NCBI RefSeq assembly: GCF_009914755.1
Contig: NC_060930.1
Strand: one strand, 5' to 3'
DNA length: 64,000 bases
Source: the human T2T-CHM13v2.0 reference genome, Homo sapiens
Part shown: piece by piece, positions 54,817-64,000 of the stretch
Layout: every line of letters starts with the position of its first letter
Position numbering within the stretch: the stretch's first letter is position 1
The notes under the pieces: model-generated
Database searches by the model: none
Seen by the model: only the letters and a program-made list of their open reading frames with translations
Told to the model about the DNA's origin: nothing
Made by a program: the position numbers and the translations under genes

Positions 54817-55081
54817 TAAATAACTAAAATAAAATTTTTTAAGTTACATAATGAGACCAGTCATACTATAGAAAACAGTCAAAGACAAAGAGTCCAAAGT
54901 TTCCAAAAAGAAATAAATAAAGATTCCTTCAAAGACAATGAAAACTGTTTTCAATGTATTGAGAGAAAATAACCATCAACTATCTTTCATCATCATTAAA
55001 AGTTCAGTGCTAAATACCTAGAATTTCAAACAAAACATTGAGATTTTTATCATCAACATATCATTCATTAGAGATGTATTC

Positions 55082-55449
55082 AGGGTTTTTTGTTTGTTTA
55101 TGAGTTTTGTTTTAGTTTTTAAGGGTTTTTGTTGTTGTTTTTGTTGTTGTTGTTGTTCGAGACAAGCTCTCACTGTGTCACCCAGGCTGGGGTGCAGTGG
55201 TGCATTCACAGCTCACTATAACCTCCGTCTCTTGGGCTCAATCAATCCTCCCACCTCAGCCTCTCACGTAGCTGGGACTACAGTCATGCAACCCCACACT
55301 CAGCTTATTTTTGCATTTTTCTTTTTTCTGTAGAGACAGGGTTTCACCATTGTTGCCCAGGCTGCTTTTAAACTCCTGAACTCAAGCAATCCACCTGCCT
55401 TCGCCCCGCAAAATGCTAGGATTATAGTCATGAGCCACTGCGCCCAGTC
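55082..55449 (-). mobile_element. AluJ with long (TTG)n-type tail
   Basis: J-type CTTGGGCTCAATCAATCCTCCCACCTCAGCCTC. AGATGTATT on both flanks. Confidence 0.88.
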
Positions 55450-56395
55450 AATGAAAGATGTATTTTAAGATGGAAAATAATTGTGGAAGGAATGTCTTAG
55501 AGTAAAAAGTTATGTTAAGCAAATAAATTAGACTATCAAAACAAGCATTGACAATATCTAAATGATAATATTTAATTTTGCAATGTTAAAACACAGACAA
55601 AACTACTATATTAGACAACCATATAAAATGAAGACAATACTTAATCAGAGAGAAGATCTTTTATGTCTTTGGATTGTTCAGAAGGAAGGTCCAATTATTG
55701 TTTAACCTTAGGCATGATTAAATTAAAATGTGTATATTAATGTTTTAGGGTAATTAACTTAGGAAAGTGGTGTGTATAATTTCTACATTGGTACATAAAA
55801 AATAGAATTAAAAAATCAATCCATAAAGAAGAAGAACAGGAGAAATACAAAAGAAGCATAGAAAAATAAGGACAAGTAGAAAGTATAAAATACTATAGTA
55901 GAAGTGAATTCACACATATGAGTAAAAGCAATAAATATAAGTTTTTAAAAGAGAGACATCTAAGAAAAAATGAATATATTATGTTTGAAAGTAAATCTTG
56001 AAAATAGATCTAAAAAGGAACCCCCAAAGTATGCTTAATTCTTTTAGAAAGCATTTAAAGTAATTATTAATTTCAAAGATTAATACGTAATGATAAAATC
56101 TGAATCCATAGATAAATAAACATCATAATATGGATGTATTAATAACATAACTGAAAAATGTATAAGTAAAAAATTGGCATAATTACAAGAGGAAATAGGA
56201 AAATCACAACATAGAATATTTTAAAATTCAAATCCACCAGGTAATTGATAGGCTAAGCAAAACATAAATGTATAAGGCTATAGAAGATTTGAATCACACT
56301 GTTAGCAAACTTGATCTAGTGAATATATATGCAATCCTAAATCCAACAATTATACCATTTGTAAACATACATGGAGTATTTTTAAAACAAACATA
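55450..56395 (+). mobile_element. Very old L1M fragment (inter-ORF/endonuclease region)
   Basis: A-rich degenerate text such as TATAGAAGATTTGAATCACACTGTTAGCAAACTTGATCTAGTGAATATATAT. Confidence 0.55.
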
Positions 56396-56414
56396 GACCC
56401 TAGGTCTATGTTTT

Positions 56415-56600
56415 TCTGTATAATAGCTACTAGCCACATGTAGCTATTTAAATTTTGAATTAATTAAAGTTAAATAAAAGTAAAAATTCAGTACTTCAGT
56501 CATAGTCACATTTGAAGTACTCAATAACAACATGTGGCTACTATATTGGACAGTACAGAATATGACATCATTGAATACAGTTCTACTGTGTAACAGTGCA
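56415..56600 (-). mobile_element. MER3 (hAT-Charlie)
   Basis: CTAGCCACATGTAGCTATTTAAA...AAAATTCAGTACTTCAGTC...CATGTGGCTACTATATTGGACAG. Confidence 0.85.
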
Positions 56601-56937
56601 CTAGGAAAAATTATAAAGATGTTTCTGCAATGTTACTCATACAGGTAATTATTACAAATTCAAAGAAATGATTTTCAACTTTGAAAGAGAAAATGTCCCT
56701 TTTTTTCTAACCCAATCTTTTTAAAAAAGGTATATCTGGTCTTAAAGTTATTTCAGGGGTTTGGCATACTGGAAAAAAAATAAATCAATGAGTAAACTAG
56801 AAATGAGGATTGCATTATACACGAAATCTAATAAAAAATGATCAAATGATTTTAAGTAAATTACAAAAGATTAGAAAGAAATGGTGAAGAGTCATACCTA
56901 TTAACTAGTGCCCCTTAGAGAAGAAAAAGTATGATTG

Positions 56938-57120
56938 ACAAGTTTATTGCAGCACTATTCACAACAGCCAAGATATGGAATCAACCTAAGTGTTCATCAA
57001 TGCATGAGTGGACCAAGAAAATGTGATACATAGAGGCATAGTATTCAGCCATAAAAAAGAATTAACCTGTGCCATTTGCAATAACGTAGATGGAACTAGA
57101 GGCCATTTTGTTAAGTGAAA
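56938..57120 (+). mobile_element. L1MA/PB ORF2 C-terminal fragment
   Basis: GTTTATTGCAGCACTATTCACAACAGCCAAGATATGGAATCAACCTAAGTG...GATGGAACTAGAGGCCATT.TGTTAAGTGAAA. Confidence 0.85.
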
Positions 57121-57311
57121 CTTAACATCAAGTACAAGTACTCAGCATCTTGTACTTTTTCTGCACATTAAAAAAGTAAAACAAAACATTTGCAACATGC
57201 ATTAAAAACACTGTTTTTAGAGTATTTATGAATACCACTTACAATATTCAAATATTCCTCATGTCCAGAGTTTCCCTAAATGCTGTGACCTGCTTCTGTA
57301 TCTTCACGTTT

Positions 57312-57624
57312 TTTTTTTTGTTGTTGTTTGTTTGTTTTTGTTTGAGACGGAGTCTCACTCTGTCGCCTAGGCTGGAGTGCAGTGTCGTGATCTTGGCTCA
57401 CTGCAACCTCCGCCTCCTGGGTTGATGCCCTTCTCCTGCCTCAGCCTCCCAAGTAGCTAGAACTACAGGCACCCGCCACCATGCCCAACTAATTTTTTGT
57501 ATTTTTAGTAGAGACGGGATTTCATCATGTTAGCCAGGATGATCTCGATCTCCTGACCTCGTGATCTGCCCTCCTTGGCCTCCCAAAGTGCTGGGATTAC
57601 AGGCATGAGCCACCGCGCCGGGCC
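57312..57624 (-). mobile_element. AluY/Sc-type
   Basis: TTAGCCAGGATGATCTCGATCTCCTGACCTCGTGATC. TSD GTATCTTCAC(G/T)TTTT at 57298 and 57625. Confidence 0.92.
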
Positions 57625-57809
57625 GTATCTTCACTTTTTATAGCCATTAATTGCTCCAGAATTACCTTTGTATTTTTAGCCAGTTCCCTGAAATCTATTC
57701 ATCTAGCATTGATATCATGAGCCTTAGCCTTCAACGCTGTGCTTGATTCTATAAAATTCCTGTTTCAAATTTCCATAAAGCTCTTAGAAAAAGAGATGGT
57801 GTTGCATAA

Positions 57810-58493
<684 letters not shown>

Positions 58494-61400
58494 AAGTATG
58501 GTTGAGCCAGAGCAATACTGAGAACAATCTGTAGAATGCTCTTACATCACTAATCTAGGACACAAACAGAATCTGATCTGTCTGAAAGATATTTTTCTCT
58601 CTAATAATGAAGCAACATTCAGTAAATGCTTGCTTATTCACTCAATATGTTTTGTGTGAATACAGTACATCAACATTTAAAGAACATTCCTTTCCAGAAT
58701 TAGTGTGCAAAGGAATTCTTGCATTATAGAAGCATAACCTTAGTGACCTGGGGATATTTATTCACTTAGAAAATGAATTTACTACAGCAATAAATAGGTT
58801 CCAAATTATTCAATAAAAAGGAAACTATCTTCTCTAAATTTTTTATCAATATATACCCTTTGCTGATTCCTCATTATAATGCTGTCAATATTCAGAGGGA
58901 AAAGATCACAGAAAACAATTGCAGAACCTACAGCTTCAGGAGGATATTTACCATTTGAAAACACTGCATTGCTCATAGTAGATTGGTATGTTTCCCTCTA
59001 GTGGTTAAAAGGCACTTAACTGCATCAACTAAGTCACCTTTTGAGAAACAAAGCAGGAATTGAGAACGAGGCAGCATTTAGTGAGGCAAAAATTAACATG
59101 GTCTTAAATTAAATGATTTGCAAGTAGAATCAAGTGTGGTTATTATGGAGAAACTAATTCATAGTTTAAATATCTGATCAGTTTCCATGGGATGAACAAG
59201 GACAGAGAATATTTTAAACTCTGGCTGATGAGAGATGCTGATGATGAGTAAGGAAATGAAAATCAGAAGGGGAAACAATTAAAATACTTAGTAAAACCAA
59301 TTCATTTTAATGTGGCACAAGATTAGTAATGAAGCAAGATTAGCCATTTTTAATACCATGTTGCATTACTTATTTTAAAATCCCTTATTATAATAATTTC
59401 ATTTTTGAAAAATCCAAATTCATGTGCTGGCTTTATTTCAATGAAGACTGACTGCATTTCTCTTGTGACTCTGCAGTCTCAGGGCGGACAATATTCTACT
59501 TCATAAGGAGGAAAGCAGTGACACTCTAATCACAGTAATCGTTTGTCAAAATACATCATCAGGCCTAAGACATTCCACTAAACTACTCAAGGTAGTTTAT
59601 CCTAGACATTGGTTGCATTTAACTATTTAAAATGCCAGACAATTACATAAAAGACTCTATGTGCCTTCTAAAAACTATGTGCATGTTAGGATATTGACCA
59701 TCAATTCCACAGCAAAATGCCACACCAGCTCCAAATAGGCACACTGGGGTTCCTTGAGCAATCAAACTTACTGAAATTAAGGGTCAAAAGATCAGCACTG
59801 TAACTTTAGGCAACCCAGGGGAAGACAACAATCTTCCACCTTTGTTGTATTCTGTGAACTGGCCATGATCACAGAATGTGAAAACCGGCTATCAGATCAC
59901 AGGATCATTTCTCCGCCAGAAAGCACCTGCAGTTATTATGTACAAAAGAAACTCACAATGCCAGGCTTTCAGAAGCACATAAAGCTAGCTGTCCTCTCAA
60001 TTTCTCATAGGGAAATATGTGCATTCTAGAGCAAAGAAAACATCTATGATAGAGACATGCACATATAAACCTTTCCCAACTCAACTGCTCAGAGTTTGGT
60101 TTACGCAATGAATTATTGAAGGAGTGTGAAAAAAAAAAAAAAAGGTAAAAACAGAAGCTTGAAATTATCAGCTTATCACCCATAAAAAGGATATAGACCC
60201 TCAATGAGGAAGGCTGAATAAAAAGAAACAATTATTCTACAACTCCTCTTTGTGTTGAACAGGTAATAAACAATGTGGCCAATAAATTTATCTTACCCTT
60301 CTAAGGCAAAAAAAACAGATGGAAATAGAACTGCATGCAATTATTGATAATTTACTTCATATATTTATTCATTGTCCACAATGAGCTATAGAGAAAATAT
60401 AAGGGAAATGGCTCCAGCCTTCTAGAAAATGAAATCAAAAGGAGAAATATATAAATTTGCTGTTTTAATTTTTATTTTATTTATATTTAGTAGCAACTAA
60501 GCAAAGCTACAGAGATTGAGCAGAGGTTTCATGGTTTTTCAGAAAACTTGGAGATTACAAATTGTGAAACCCAAAATATGAAAATTCACAATATACATCT
60601 TCCATATTGTGGTCAACCAAAATATATTACACAGAAAATATGTTAATTACTGAGTCATGTCAGGACAAAGAAAGGATATACAGAACATGTTAATTAAGGC
60701 TCATGCAAAATATCATGTGTAAAAGCCTTCAACCAATAATAGAACACTTTAACAATCTGGGATTATTTTAGTCTTATTTTGATTTTTTTCTGACTTTCTG
60801 TTGAATTTAGAAAACAATTTATAAAGTCTGAAACATTCCTCAATCTCTTTGGCACAGATGAAGTTGCTAGGACAGGGATAATTTTTTGTCATGTGTTCTA
60901 ATAATATCTATTGAACAAACTATTTTAGTGACCCAAAATATCATTTGGCCTTTCTTGTTGACATGATATCAAAATTGAAGCCTGTGTTTTAGCACACAGG
61001 ATACCTAATTTAGTCATTGCAATTGCACATAATTTGATAGGTATATATAAACAGAAGCTATCACTGTGCATGTCACAATCAACCTAAGCGAAATCCTACA
61101 CTAGGTTTGAAAAATAGAGCTTTTAATCTAGGAGGTCTGTCTTGATTGTACTATTGAGCCAAGCCAGGTCTAGAGCTTAAATTTTTTGACAAAGCCTTGT
61201 TAAAATGAAAAAAAAAAAAAAAAAAAAAGAGAGATCTTGGTAAAATGCTATCTCACTGGAAGGCAGAAGATGGGTGATGAGAAAGAAGGAATTTTTGGCT
61301 AAGGGAGTATGTAGATGAAAGAAATGAAAGACTAGCAAATGAAAAATGGAAAATGGGTGGCAGACCCAAAACACTTCATGAAAAGAAAAGACCAATTGTC

Positions 61401-62212
61401 AAGAACACATATTAGAGCTGTATCATATTTTTTTCTCCCACAGTATACTAATTTCATTTTCTGATTGATGTGGAAAGAACTTTTTCTCTCTTCACCTCCT
61501 ACAAATTATTCTTTACTGAGTGCTGCCTTAAGAACAAACAAAGGCACACAAAGAAGCTGAAGCATTAGTATTTCCCAGGACGTACACAAGATCCTTAATA
61601 GAGGTAATGAATGCCCTGGCCAGGAGCCAGGATGACAAGCTCCAGCTACAGAGCAGTGAGTCAAGTTCAAAACAGCCACACAAATGCAGAGGCCAAACAA
61701 TCATTTTTGCTAAACAGAAATTTTTATGCCTCCATAATCAATTAGCTGATTTTTCCCCCTGCTAAGTAACTATTTCCTGGACAACTCTCTGAGTGTTGGC
61801 ATTGAAATGCTGTCTATCATACAGTGGAAAAGTGAGATTAAAGGTTTTGAGTGCCTGGTCATGACGCTGGAAAGAGAAAACAGAAGAGCCATCCTTCCTA
61901 ATTGTAACAAGGTGCTGCTTTTTTCCTCTGCCTTTTTATGTTGAAATTGGAAGAACTGTTAAGAGTCAAAAAGATTTTCCAGCATGTCATATGAACCTCT
62001 TGTTTTTCCTCAACAATGATGAGACTGATTCTTGATAAGTGCCAGTAAATAGCATAATGACTATGAAAGTGAGAAAGCATTTACTGAATTGCCTTTATGA
62101 CTTCTAGTGGAACTAAGTTTGTGGAGACTTGTACTGCTTAGTAGGATATCTACTTTAAAATACTACAAAATCTTCCCATCAATGTACTTTTCCTTGCATA
62201 ACTTCTAAAGTG

Positions 62213-62278
62213 CTCCCTCTCCTTCTTCCTCCTTCTCCTTCTCCCTTCTTCTCCTTCTCCCTCTTCCTCTCCCTCTCT
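62213..62278. repeat. Polypyrimidine (CT-rich) tract
   Basis: About 65 bp of only C/T. Confidence 0.85.
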
Positions 62279-62675
62279 TATAAGGCAACACATGTAGAGA
62301 AGCAAAGTGTCACACAGACTAAATAGATGACCCACCAATGAACTGAACATCAGTGATGACAAGTCAGCACACTCATGCCTCATTTAGACTTTCACCACCA
62401 AAATGGAAGAATTCAAAAAAATTGGAAAAATTCTTTTGAAAATTTACAAAACTATATTTCTCACTTTTTACAGGATTTGCTTAAAATATTTACATTAGTT
62501 ACCCTGTTTAATGATGTCATCCATCTCATGGACAATGCACACCTCAACTATTCTAAATGACCATTTAGAAAAATCCTTTTATATAGAGTTTTACTGATAG
62601 ACCCTGAAACCTTCCCATGAATTTCTTCTAACATAAGTTTTGAAAGCCCTGTGTGTTTTACCTACAAACCCCATC

Positions 62676-63050
62676 CAGATGGTCCCTGACTTACAATTGT
62701 TTCACTTAAAATTTTTTTTACTTCAAGGTGATGTGAAGGCAATACACATTCAGTAGAAACCATATTTTAGTACAAATACAACCATTTCGTTTTTCACTTT
62801 CAGTACAGTATTAATAAATTACATAAGATATTCAGTACTTTATCATAAAATAGACTTCATGTGAGATGATTTTGCCCAAGTGTAGGCTAAGTGTAACCTA
62901 AGTGTAGTGCTGTTCCGAGCAAGTTTAAGGTTAGGCTAGGCTATGACATTTGGTAGGTTAAATGTGTTAAGTGCATTTTAACCTTACAAAATTTTCAATG
63001 TAGGATGAGTTTGTTGGGATATAATCTCACTGTAAGTTGAGAAGCACCTG
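62676..63050 (-). mobile_element. MER47A (Tigger5-type MITE)
   Basis: TIRs CAGATGGTCCCTGACTTACA ... TGTAAGTTGAGAAGCACCTG, followed by TA; 375 bp. Confidence 0.85.
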
Positions 63051-64000
63051 TACAAAGGTTTAATATTTTGCTACAAGTCTAAGAGAGCAGCACTGGGAGA
63101 TGAAGAACTGTTACTAGAGGATCTAATCTAAGAGAGCAAACTTTAGAATGAATAAAAACAAAATGGCTATTTTCAATGAAAGGGATTAGTTTTACATTTT
63201 ACCTGCCCCTACCCCTGTCTTCTTTCTGAATCACTGCCGAAGTATGGAAATTCCTAGTGATTTCCCATGCTTGGGTATAAAGCACGATGGACAGCCTACA
63301 GTTAGAGTTGAGTGGGTTTTCCAAACTGAGACGAGATCACAGGCTGATGTTAACTGGGAGGCAGAACAAGCATTAGCTTAGTTTGTGAAGAAAGGTGGCA
63401 TTTTCATTAAAGAAAAGCTAACAGGAAAATTCCAGCTTCTTCTAACATTCTTCTAACATTCTACATAGGTAGTAACATTCCACAAAAGTCAAGAACACTG
63501 AACCCTAAAGTACTCTCTATCCATGCAGGAAAAGGAACAAAGCAGTAAGTGCCCTAAGAGAAGTGAATAGGTGTTGCTGCTATGGTTCCTGTAGATTTCT
63601 GAGTAACTATTTGCAATCTATATACTTAATATTGGCTTGCACATGTTATATATTTTCTGTGAATTAAGCCTCTTAGCATAACTTTCCAGCAAAACTGTAT
63701 GTCCTGTAATTCACATATTTCCAAAGGTGCTGCAAAGTAGCAAGAGCTGAATATGCCACCCAGCAATATTCCAGGAAACTAATTAACTGAGGGAATTCAT
63801 GAAGGATTGCATAGATTACTGTGCCTCAACAATAAAGTAATGAGACTGGCCCACAAGGCATACATAAAAATCACATCTATCTGGTGTGGATTGATTTATG
63901 CACACATTTTAGAAGATCTATGTAAATCCTACCTGGCTCAATTCTTTCCTTTCTGCAAAGCATACCCTACCAATACAACTGAACATCATATTTTTCTTCT

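Overview
AT-rich primate DNA, almost certainly human because it carries a near-consensus AluYa5. It is intergenic or deep intronic, and I recognise no host protein-coding exon, tRNA or rRNA. Interspersed repeats dominate. These include about 11 Alu/FLAM copies, a complete ERV9 solo LTR (LTR12, 4991-6672) with a CCAAT array, and a 4.25-kb twin-primed (5'-inverted) L1PA with a 17-bp TSD into which the AluYa5 later inserted. There are also two complete MaLR proviruses (THE1D-like and MST-like), several solo LTRs, a 6.3-kb old L1M, and DNA-transposon fossils (Tigger1, Tigger3/MER7, MER1A, MER3, MER33, MER47, MER58). Nearly all ORFs in the supplied track come from these repeats. I cannot support a genuinely new biological system. 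The best leads are: (i) a candidate LTR12-initiated spliced transcript with a consensus splice donor 50 bp past the LTR; (ii) a 35-bp segment apparently copied from 3 kb away into an old L1; (iii) the L1 inversion, which leaves a stop-free endonuclease-domain frame fused to a hydrophobic leader; (iv) several perfect fold-back palindromes, two at element truncation points; (v) a minisatellite born inside an AluY. Subfamily names come from recalled consensus features, not from a database search.
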